NCBI GenBank assembly: GCA_965214405.1
Contig: OZ243956.1
Coordinates: forward strand, 480,001-544,000
Reading direction: 5' to 3'
Origin: Trueperaceae bacterium
GTDB lineage: Bacteria; Deinococcota; Deinococci; Deinococcales; Trueperaceae
Length of the DNA stretch: 64,000 bases
Part shown: positions 31,178 to 38,988 of the stretch, one piece after another
Position numbering within the stretch: position 1 is the stretch's first letter
How the letters are laid out: every line of letters starts with the position of its first letter
The notes under the pieces: generated by a model
What the model was told of the DNA's origin: nothing
Seen by the model: only the letters and a program-made list of their open reading frames with translations
Database searches by the model: none
Program-made: the position numbers and the translations under genes

Positions 31178-32320
31178 ATGAACCTACAGCAAAGGGGGCA
31201 AGTTATGCGGTTCTGGGGGAAAATTACGCCGAAACTGTGGTTGTTTGGTGTCGCGCTTATGGTATTTATTGGACCCACCGGGGTTTACGCGCAAGACGCC
31301 GCGCCGACGTGGGTGTTGGCTATCAGCAAACCGCCGCCGCCCGTGGTGCCGAGCGACCCGCCCCAGGGGCTCGTGTTCAAACTGCGGCCCGAGATGTCGG
31401 CCTCGAGCGTGATGTTTGATACCGCGGGGGGGCCGGAGAGCCTCGAGTATATCGACTTTGACGTTCAGAGCGACGCCTATATCACCTTCGACGACGGGCC
31501 GGATGAGGCCTCGCCGGGCGGCGTCATGGTCGTGGCTGACTTTTTGAGCCGCGCGGACGGCTCCTTTGACGCTTCTAGGGACCGCCTCATTACGGGCGCG
31601 ACCACCGGCCTCATCGCGCCCAAGGACCTGAACGTGGCGGACGCGCTGGGCGTCGTGATCGTCGCCGACTTTGACAGCGCGAAGGTGGCGACTTTTGACG
31701 TGCAAGCGGAAGGCGACGCCGCGCCCCTTTTTGTCACCACCGACCTCGGCACGACCCCTTCGGGCGAACCGCGGCGGCCCTGGGGCTTAGCCTTTAACGC
31801 GGCGGACGATCAACTTTTCGTGGGCGGCACGGACGGCACCGTGCTCGTTTTTGACGATTACCTGATCAACCGGGGCGCGAACGGCCCCGACCGCGTCATT
31901 ACCCCCACCGTAAACGGCGAACGAGCCTCGGCCAACGTTCACGACGTTGCTTATGTGTCAGACGAAGACATCCTTATTGCTTCGGACGTGGGCAACGCCA
32001 CCACCGCCGACCAGCCGGACTTTGCCGCGGACGGCAAAATCTTTGTTATCGAAAGCGCGAGCGCGGCGGACGGCCTCACCGAGGTGCGGTTGCAGATAGC
32101 CGGGCCAAGCACGCTTTTGGGCAACCCGGTCGGCGTCGCCTTTGACGGAACTCACCTTTTCGTCACCGAAAGAACCAAGGACGCGGTGCTGCGTTTTGAC
32201 GACGTGCTTACCCTAACGGGCGCGCAGGATTTAGCGCCCTCCGGCGCGGTGACGGTGGCGCAACCTGAAGCGGTGGCGGTGGTGGGTGAGGCGTTGGAAG
32301 CCGCAGACGCCGAGAGATGA
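31178..32320 (+). CDS. Secreted single beta-propeller-like protein, paralog of lipoprotein repeat 3
   Basis: Signal peptide (..GVYA-QD). DAYITFDDG, FDASRDRLITG, GLIAPKD, TDGTVLVFDDY, GPDRVITPT and LGNPV motifs are shared with 24846-28262. Confidence 0.85.
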   Translation: MNLQQRGQVMRFWGKITPKLWLFGVALMVFIGPTGVYAQDAAPTWVLAISKPPPPVVPSDPPQGLVFKLRPEMSASSVMFDTAGGPESLEYIDFDVQSDAYITFDDGPDEASPGGVMVVADFLSRADGSFDASRDRLITGATTGLIAPKDLNVADALGVVIVADFDSAKVATFDVQAEGDAAPLFVTTDLGTTPSGEPRRPWGLAFNAADDQLFVGGTDGTVLVFDDYLINRGANGPDRVITPTVNGERASANVHDVAYVSDEDILIASDVGNATTADQPDFAADGKIFVIESASAADGLTEVRLQIAGPSTLLGNPVGVAFDGTHLFVTERTKDAVLRFDDVLTLTGAQDLAPSGAVTVAQPEAVAVVGEALEAADAER

Positions 32321-32459
32321 ATCCGCGCGCTTAGAACCTTTTGGAGTCGACCTTTTCGGTCGGCACGGTTCAAGATGACGGTTCAAGATTATCGGCTTTT
32401 GGAAGGGTGCAGGGCTGGGGCTCGAGGGTCGCCCACGGGTGCAGCCCGCTAGTGTCGGA

Positions 32460-33590
32460 TTAAGCCGGGGCAGGGTAAGCGAGGTGCCTGAGCTGCCCAA
32501 AGTCAATGAGGGAATGTTTGGCACAGGTCTGGGCACGCAAAGAGGCCATACTGGCAGCACCTTGTTTGGACCAGTGCATCCCGCTTCTTTTCATACGGTT
32601 TCCGATAACGGCTTTGTTCATCCCTTCGATTTGCCCTGAACCGATGGGATAGCCTTTTTCTGTGAACCGAGCATAATCCATACTGTCAAGCCGGGTTTCA
32701 AGATACTTTAGAGCAGTTTGCGCTTTGTCATCCCAGGTGAGCCAGACCTCGGGTTTAGGAAGGTGGTGAGCGAGCCAGTCACGGGCGTTGAGCTGACCCC
32801 GATACCAGTCACAGCGGTGGCGCGTTCTTAGGTCTTCATCCCAAGCCAGTGCTTGCATGATGGTGTCGAGGTACTGAGTGGCGTGGTAGACGTCGGTGAT
32901 TCTTACGGCGTCGAGATGACAAAAGATGTTGTCAATCCAAACGGCTCCATCACCCAAACCGAGCAGCGTATCCGCGGGGGTGACTCCGGCTTCGTTGAGT
33001 AAACCCGCCACGAGCGTGACAAAGTCTTCGGCACAGCAGCGTTCGGCCAACATCCAGCGCTGACTCGGAGCGGCTTGCGGATAAAGTACGGCTGTTTTGA
33101 GTTCCAGGCCAGGACATAGCCCCTGTTCAGGTTGCCCTAAGACGTAGACGCCGTCCATTTGCAACACCATGACGCGTCCTTGTCGGCGTGCCGCTTCAGG
33201 CTCTGAACAAGACAACAGTCTGTCTGCCACCTCGGCTCGACACGCCTCAGCGTAGGGGCGTTGCAAGCGGTCTAATTCTGACGAGCTAATCCTCAGGCCG
33301 AAGTTGCGCGCGATGTAAGCGCCTTCTTCTAAGGGCACGCGCGCTGCTAAGTCGGTCAGGCAAGCTAAGGCTTTGGGCGTCCAGCCCGAATGGTCTAAGC
33401 GTCTATCGAGGATAGCTTGTTTGGCTCGACCCTCTCTATCAACCAGCCTTTGTACCTCGACATAGACCCGGCCCCACAAGTGCTTAACCGCGCAGCGACG
33501 TTTGCCGTTACCCCAATAGCCTTCAGGTACTTCTCTTTTGTGCTCGGGGGGAAAAGCTCCGGCTATCTGCCAGAGCTTGCATAGTCTCAC
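32460..33590 (-). CDS. Transposase, main (C-terminal) frame
   Basis: MDG, GDGAVWI, DVYHA, PIGSGQIEG and RMKRSGMHWS motifs typical of ISKra4/ISLre2/UPF0236 transposases. Confidence 0.88.
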   Translation of the reverse strand: MRLCKLWQIAGAFPPEHKREVPEGYWGNGKRRCAVKHLWGRVYVEVQRLVDREGRAKQAILDRRLDHSGWTPKALACLTDLAARVPLEEGAYIARNFGLRISSSELDRLQRPYAEACRAEVADRLLSCSEPEAARRQGRVMVLQMDGVYVLGQPEQGLCPGLELKTAVLYPQAAPSQRWMLAERCCAEDFVTLVAGLLNEAGVTPADTLLGLGDGAVWIDNIFCHLDAVRITDVYHATQYLDTIMQALAWDEDLRTRHRCDWYRGQLNARDWLAHHLPKPEVWLTWDDKAQTALKYLETRLDSMDYARFTEKGYPIGSGQIEGMNKAVIGNRMKRSGMHWSKQGAASMASLRAQTCAKHSLIDFGQLRHLAYPAPA

Positions 33591-33738
33591 TCATCATCGC
33601 TTGATAATGCGCCAGCATCGCCGTCTCAACCTCGGCTACACCCGCATCTTCGGGTAGGTCTCGTTCCAAAGCTTCTAAGTACCTGCCAAACGCTTCCTTC
33701 GCCCGTTCTTTCCAATCACCTGTCTGGCTCGTTTTCAT
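33523..33738 (-). CDS. Transposase N-terminal frame, joined to the main frame by a frameshift
   Basis: ATG preceded by TAGAAT-N5. Overlaps the main frame at a TTTTCCCCCC run (33546-33555). Confidence 0.7.
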   Translation of the reverse strand: MKTSQTGDWKERAKEAFGRYLEALERDLPEDAGVAEVETAMLAHYQAMMSETMQALADSRSFSPRAQKRST

Positions 33739-33840
33739 CCGCCATTCTACCGCTGCTACGCCCCTTTTTCTATCCGCCTATTTGGGGTTGCACCCGTCGC
33801 CCACACGCTGACCGAGCATCTCGAGCCCTTCTGGACGCTC

Positions 33841-34629
33841 TTACGCGGGAGCGTCCAGCACGCTGAGCATCTTGGGCACCTGTTTAGATACCAAATAGCG
33901 GATCATCCCGAGCGTGCTCACGCTGCTAAGAACCAAGACCAAAAAGTTGGTCCTAACCCGGCTTACCAGGAGCCCCTGGTCGTGATACTCGAGGTAGAGG
34001 CTTTCTAAGGGCGGGACTTTGAGCCCCTCGCCCAGCACCCCGGCAATCGAGCCCAGCGTCCGGCAGTAGGTCCCCAACTTGAGCTCGTCCGCCTCCCTGC
34101 CAGCGCGCGCCATTCCCTTGCCCGCCGCGTCAACCAAAAACACCGTCTCGACTTCTGCTTTTTCGGCAAAAGGCTCCAAGAGCGCGCCCAGACGTTGCGC
34201 GCGACTCCCTCCGCTAGGCGCGTGCGCCGCGTCTTGAACGGCAGCCGGAGCCGCAACGTGAGCGCTTTGCGCGAGCGCGGCCTCTATTTTGGGAAAAATA
34301 TCCTCGGGCGTAAAAGGCTTTTTCACCACGCCCAGGGCTCCCACTTCGCCCGCCTGGTCGAGCACGTCTTGATTGACGATGCCGGAAATGAGCAGCACCG
34401 GCAACTTGGCGTAGCGGGCGTCGTCCTTGACGGTTTTGCAGAGCCCGAAACCGTCCATACCGGGCATGACCACGTCGGCGATCATCACGTCGGGAACACG
34501 TTCGCCAAGGCGCGTCAGGGCCTCTTCGGCGCTACCCGCGGCACCCACTTCCAGGTTGCGGGTTAGGAGGATGCGCTCGAGCGCCTTACGCACGCTTACG
34601 CTGTCGTCGACTACAAGTACGTTTGCCAT
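33841..34629 (-). CDS. Response regulator receiver fused to a Roadblock/LC7-like domain
   Basis: VLVVDDS, IADVVMPGMDG, KKPF; C-terminal region VFLVDAAG..LYLEY..GLLV..LVLV..LGMIRY. Start at ATG 34629. Confidence 0.8.
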   Translation of the reverse strand: MANVLVVDDSVSVRKALERILLTRNLEVGAAGSAEEALTRLGERVPDVMIADVVMPGMDGFGLCKTVKDDARYAKLPVLLISGIVNQDVLDQAGEVGALGVVKKPFTPEDIFPKIEAALAQSAHVAAPAAVQDAAHAPSGGSRAQRLGALLEPFAEKAEVETVFLVDAAGKGMARAGREADELKLGTYCRTLGSIAGVLGEGLKVPPLESLYLEYHDQGLLVSRVRTNFLVLVLSSVSTLGMIRYLVSKQVPKMLSVLDAPA

Positions 34630-34768
34630 AGAACCACCTTTTTGATGCTCGGATTTGCCTCTATTTTTCGTTTGGTCTTGACCGCCCGGAGCTCTGAGTA
34701 AAAAGTGCTTAACCAACAGGCGTGAGACGCTTGTCGGGCGCGCAAGGTACGGGCGAACGCGTGCTCGC

Positions 34769-35557
34769 TCATGTGTTGGCCTTGTCGCGCAGGTGGTCGA
34801 GTTCGACCGCCGCCTTGAGCAAAAGTTGCTGCACGGGCGTGGTAATGGTCACCGGGTTTTTAGAAGGGTTTTGGGAGGGCGCGGACGCCTCGAACAAGAA
34901 CTCGGTATCGTCGACCTCCTCGGTTCGGAAAAACAGCCTGAACAGCGCCGCTTCGCCCACCAAACCGGCAAACTCGGCGTGGACGAGCCCGCCATTTACA
35001 AAAACGACGCACGCCTCTCCGTGCTCCTGGTCCTGAAAGTAGACGTGCAGCCTGCCCGAGCGAGAGTTTTGTGATAAGGACATGGTGAGGTCGAAAAGCG
35101 TCAGCACCTCCAACGTGCCTCTCAAATTTTTCGCCCGTTGCGCCCCCGAGGAGAGCCGCGTCCTGGGTGCGGGTTTTGGTTGTGGTTTCGCTTCTGGAGG
35201 AGCGAGAAGCCGTTTAAGCGCCTCCACAATCATCTCAGGGCGGGCGTTCGCGGGAAGCACCGCGTCGGCGTACGAGGGGTCGAGGCGGTCCTCGGAGGCC
35301 TCGTCGAGCAGCAAGAAAACGAGCTCGCGCATCGTCTCGTCGCTACGCACGATGTCGTAGAGGTCAAAGCCGCTCATGTCGCCCAAATGCGCGGCGCTCA
35401 CGATGGCGCGCGGCCCCATATGCTCGAGCGTGGTCAGCGCGTAGAGCCCCCCCGAGGCGAGGAGCGGCTCGAAGCCTGCGCCCGTACACATGCTGGTGAG
35501 CGCGAGAGCCCGCGGGCCGTCCTCCATCACGATGAGCACTTTGTTTGGTTCTTTCAC
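34769..35557 (-). CDS. Degenerate receiver plus DUF4388 (PatA-N-like) domain protein
   Basis: LRGTLEVLTLFDL...SGRL...GGLVHAEF..GEAAL...LLLKAAVELD. N-terminal receiver lacks the canonical phospho-Asp and Lys. Confidence 0.8.
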   Translation of the reverse strand: MKEPNKVLIVMEDGPRALALTSMCTGAGFEPLLASGGLYALTTLEHMGPRAIVSAAHLGDMSGFDLYDIVRSDETMRELVFLLLDEASEDRLDPSYADAVLPANARPEMIVEALKRLLAPPEAKPQPKPAPRTRLSSGAQRAKNLRGTLEVLTLFDLTMSLSQNSRSGRLHVYFQDQEHGEACVVFVNGGLVHAEFAGLVGEAALFRLFFRTEEVDDTEFLFEASAPSQNPSKNPVTITTPVQQLLLKAAVELDHLRDKANT

Positions 35558-35665
35558 GTCCGCTCTAACCTCTATCCTCTTGATGCCTGAGTCCGTTCTT
35601 TAAGGTCTACCAGCTCGCCCCGTTAGATGCTTTTACCTTTCATATGTTTCATATGTCGCACCAGC

Positions 35666-38600
35666 TTAGAAATTCTGGAGCGCGCGGAGCAGCTTGCTTT
35701 CGTCGATGGGTTTGGCAAAGTAGTTCGTGGCTCCCAGCTCGAGCGCCAAGCGCATGTGTTTGTCGCCCGCGCGGGTCGTCATGACGATAATGGGGACGGC
35801 GGCGGTGTCGGGTTTGCGGCGCACCTCCTCGATAAGTTCGTAACCGTTGACGCGGGGCATTTCCAAGTCGGTCAGGATGGCGTCGAAACGCGCCCCGACG
35901 AGAAGCTTTTCCAGCGCGTCTTGACCGTCGGAAGCGAGCACGACGTCGAAACCCGCGCGCGTGAGCATTTTGCCCACCACACGGCGCACACTAATTGAAT
36001 CATCAACCAAGAGCAAGCGGCGTTTAGTTTCTCTCACGCGCGTGGGGCCTTGAGCCGAGACGAAGGGGCTGTCTTTGCCCTGCGAGAGGCGGAGCAAGCC
36101 TGCGGGGTCGAGCACCAACACCACCTCGCCGGTATTTGATACGGCGGCCCCCGAGAGGTAGGAGAGCTTGGCGAGCATGGCGCTGAGCCCCTTGATGACC
36201 ATTTCTTCGATGTCCAAAAAGGCGTCAACCTCGGCGGCGACGGTGCCGCTCCCGGTTTCTAAAACCACGAACGACGCGTCCGGCCCCGCGCCCCCTGCGT
36301 CCACGGCAGGCAGACCCAGAATCGTCCGAACGGGCAAGAGCGGGAGGGAGCGGTTCTCGAACAGAACCCGCTTTTCGTCTCCCTCTGCCTTAACGCTCGA
36401 GCGGGGCGCGGTGCGAAGCGCCCGCACCGCGCTCACAGGAAAGGCGAACGTTTGCTCGCCGACGCCCACCAGAAGCGCCTCGGACACGATGAGCGTCAAG
36501 GGCAGCTTGAGCGTAAAGCGCGTGCCCCGCCCCCACTCGCTGCTGACGCCTATCTCGCCCTTGAGGCGGCGCACGTTCTCCGCGACGACGTCCATACCGA
36601 CGCCGCGACCCGCCTGCTTGGTCACGTCGTCTTTGGTCGACAAGCCGGGGAGGAAAATGAGCGCCGTCGCCTCCCCTTCGTTCATGGCGTCGACCTCCGC
36701 CTGGGAGCGGAAGCCCTTGGCGACCGCTTTGGCCTTGACGCGCGCCACGTCGATACCCGCGCCGTCGTCTTGCACCTCGATAAAGACGTAGTTGCTTTGG
36801 TGGTACGCGCGCAAAGAGACCCGGCCCTGGGCGGGTTTGCCCTTTTCAATACGCACCGCCTCGGGTTCGACGCCGTGCGCGATGGCGTTTTTGACGAGGT
36901 GGAGCATGGGGTCGGCCACGGCTTCCAAGATCACGTTGTCGATCTCGGTTCCCTCGCCCGCCGTGGTGAGGGTGAACGACTTGCCTTCGCCCGCGACCAG
37001 GAGGCGTTTCAAGCGGGAGAAGAGACCGCGGACGGGCACCAAGCGGGCGCGGCCCACCTCGCCGCGCAGACTCCTCGAGAGTTTCTGGATGGTCTCGGTT
37101 TCGGCGGCCAGACTCCCCCCGATGCGCGCGAGCTGCGTCTGGATTTCGGACAAGTCGTTCGCCATCTCCCCGACGCTGCGCGCCAAGATGTTGAGGTCGT
37201 TGTAGGAGTCGAACTCGAGCTCGTCGAAGAGTTCAGCGGTGGTCGCGCCCAGCCCGCGCCGCTCCCCCTCGGCGTCTACTTGTGTGTTCGTGGCTTTGGT
37301 CGTAGCTTGGGTCATGGCGGCGAGGCGCGGGTTGAGGTACTTTTCCTCAAACTCGCTCACGGTGCGCAAAAGGCGCGCGCGGCTCGTGTCCAAAATGGTG
37401 TTGACCCCGCCGAACTCTTGCACCTGACGCTCCAACCGGGCGCGCGCCGCGACCATGTCACCGGCCAAGTTCATCAAGGTGTCGAGCTTGTCGAGTTTCA
37501 CGCGGATGATGGCGTTAGGGGCGGTCTCGGTTTCCGTGTCGGCTTGGTCGGTACTTTCTTCGGCCACACCCCCTAATTCGATAATTTGGGGCGCAGCCTC
37601 GCCGAGCAGCGCGGTTAGGCCCTCGCTGGTCTCGCGCAGCGCCTCCTCGAGCGCGGCCCCATGACCCTCAGCGCGCCCTTCGGCGGTCTCCAGCATGAGG
37701 CGCAAGCTTTCGTTACCCCTCTTGAGCACGCCCAGCAAGATTTCGTCAAAGGCCATGCCTTCCTCACGTACGGCGACCATGAGGTCTTCTAAACCGTGGG
37801 CGAGCTCGCCCACTTCGGGCAACTCGGCCATGTATGCCGCGCCCTTGAGCGTGTGCGCGGCGCGGAACACGCTGTTGAGCGCGCCTTCGCTGTAGCCTTG
37901 CGCCAGCGTTTCCAATGCCTCGTGGATCGTCTCGACGTGTTCGCTCGCCTCGGGGCCGAAAAAGCCCCAGGTGTCGGCGTCGCGTTTGGGAAACGCGCGC
38001 AGCTTCTTGGTGAGCTCGAGGTAAGGATTCGCGCCGGACGCCCCCTCTGCCCCCAAGGCTTCCGCGGTGTTTTCAGCGGGTTCGGCGGTCGGCTCGAGCC
38101 CCAAAAGCTCAGCCATCTCGCGCTGCGCCTTCCGGACGCTCTCCTTGACCCCGACGTCGCGGCCTTCGGCGCTCAGGAGCATGTCGCTCAGCGCGCCCAC
38201 ACCCGTTTGCAGCGCGGTGACCACGTCGCCAAAGGGTCGGCCCTCCTCGCGCACGGCGACCATGAGATCTTCTAAGCCGTGAGCAAGCTCGCCCATCGGC
38301 GTCAGACCCACCATGTAGGCCGAGCCCTTGAGGGTGTGCGTGGCGCGGAAGAGCCGCGTGAGGTGGTCGTCACTCACCCCGCCGCTTACGTCATCAGGCG
38401 CAACTTCACTCAACACGTCGCGGATGGCGTCGATATGTTCGCTCGCCTCGGGCGCGAAAAATTCCCAGGTGTCGGCGTCTTGGGCGTAAAAGCGGCGCAG
38501 CTCCTCGACGAGGCCGAGTTGGGTCTTCCCATGAGCGTCTTGGGCGGCAAAGCTCTTACGGACGAAGCTCTTGGGGTGCGCGCGCAGGAGCTCCAAAAAG

Positions 38601-38986
38601 CCGCGCGAGCCGCCCAGATGGGCGAGTTGCAAGCCGAGTTCGCCCTCGTCGCCGCTCCGGCCGATGCTCTCGAGCCCGCCCTGCAAACAGGTCAGCACCT
38701 GCTCCAAAAAGAACGTGAGCTTGGCGGCACCCTCGGGCGTGATGGGCTCGGCTTCTTGCAACCTTTCGGCAAGCTCTTCGACGAGCCCGCCGAGCCGCGA
38801 AAGCTGCGGGTAGTCGTAGAGCGCGGCGGACCCCTTGACGCGGTGGGCGATGACGGATAAATCATGAAGGGCGGGACCGGTCACGCCCTCGCGTAACCGG
38901 TTGACGATGCCCTCAAAGCCTCCCAACGCGTCGTAAGCGTCGAGCACGAAGGTTTCTAAAAGTTCGGCGCGTTGCACAGATTCCAT
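35666..38986 (-). CDS. cheA: Hybrid chemosensory histidine kinase CheA/ChpA-like (3 Hpt, HATPase, CheW, REC)
   Basis: AHRVKG, THTLKG and AHTLKG Hpt motifs; HLVKNAIAHG, DDGAGID, GRGVGMD, LKLPLTL; C-terminal receiver. Confidence 0.93.
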   Translation of the reverse strand: MESVQRAELLETFVLDAYDALGGFEGIVNRLREGVTGPALHDLSVIAHRVKGSAALYDYPQLSRLGGLVEELAERLQEAEPITPEGAAKLTFFLEQVLTCLQGGLESIGRSGDEGELGLQLAHLGGSRGFLELLRAHPKSFVRKSFAAQDAHGKTQLGLVEELRRFYAQDADTWEFFAPEASEHIDAIRDVLSEVAPDDVSGGVSDDHLTRLFRATHTLKGSAYMVGLTPMGELAHGLEDLMVAVREEGRPFGDVVTALQTGVGALSDMLLSAEGRDVGVKESVRKAQREMAELLGLEPTAEPAENTAEALGAEGASGANPYLELTKKLRAFPKRDADTWGFFGPEASEHVETIHEALETLAQGYSEGALNSVFRAAHTLKGAAYMAELPEVGELAHGLEDLMVAVREEGMAFDEILLGVLKRGNESLRLMLETAEGRAEGHGAALEEALRETSEGLTALLGEAAPQIIELGGVAEESTDQADTETETAPNAIIRVKLDKLDTLMNLAGDMVAARARLERQVQEFGGVNTILDTSRARLLRTVSEFEEKYLNPRLAAMTQATTKATNTQVDAEGERRGLGATTAELFDELEFDSYNDLNILARSVGEMANDLSEIQTQLARIGGSLAAETETIQKLSRSLRGEVGRARLVPVRGLFSRLKRLLVAGEGKSFTLTTAGEGTEIDNVILEAVADPMLHLVKNAIAHGVEPEAVRIEKGKPAQGRVSLRAYHQSNYVFIEVQDDGAGIDVARVKAKAVAKGFRSQAEVDAMNEGEATALIFLPGLSTKDDVTKQAGRGVGMDVVAENVRRLKGEIGVSSEWGRGTRFTLKLPLTLIVSEALLVGVGEQTFAFPVSAVRALRTAPRSSVKAEGDEKRVLFENRSLPLLPVRTILGLPAVDAGGAGPDASFVVLETGSGTVAAEVDAFLDIEEMVIKGLSAMLAKLSYLSGAAVSNTGEVVLVLDPAGLLRLSQGKDSPFVSAQGPTRVRETKRRLLLVDDSISVRRVVGKMLTRAGFDVVLASDGQDALEKLLVGARFDAILTDLEMPRVNGYELIEEVRRKPDTAAVPIIVMTTRAGDKHMRLALELGATNYFAKPIDESKLLRALQNF

Positions 38987-38988
38987 AA

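Larger units (their letters stand above)
32437..33795 (-). mobile_element. Insertion sequence (ISKra4/ISLre2-like DDE family), 1359 bp
   Basis: Terminal inverted repeats GGGTGCAGCCC / GGGTGCAACCC. Perfect 9-bp direct repeat GTCGCCCAC at 32428-32436 and 33796-33804. Lower GC. Confidence 0.9.

Noticed and set aside
32365..32414. ACGGTTCAAGAT tandem duplication and a TIR-like GGGTGCAG just outside the IS left end
   Set aside because: Short matches. The true IS boundary is fixed by the 9-bp target duplication, and there is no evidence for a second element.
34630..34716. N-terminal extensions in the ORF track for the receiver-Roadblock gene (similarly argS 21887-21967 and fructosamine kinase 47003-47077)
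   Set aside because: Downstream ATGs have a proper RBS or -10 box and coincide with the start of family similarity.
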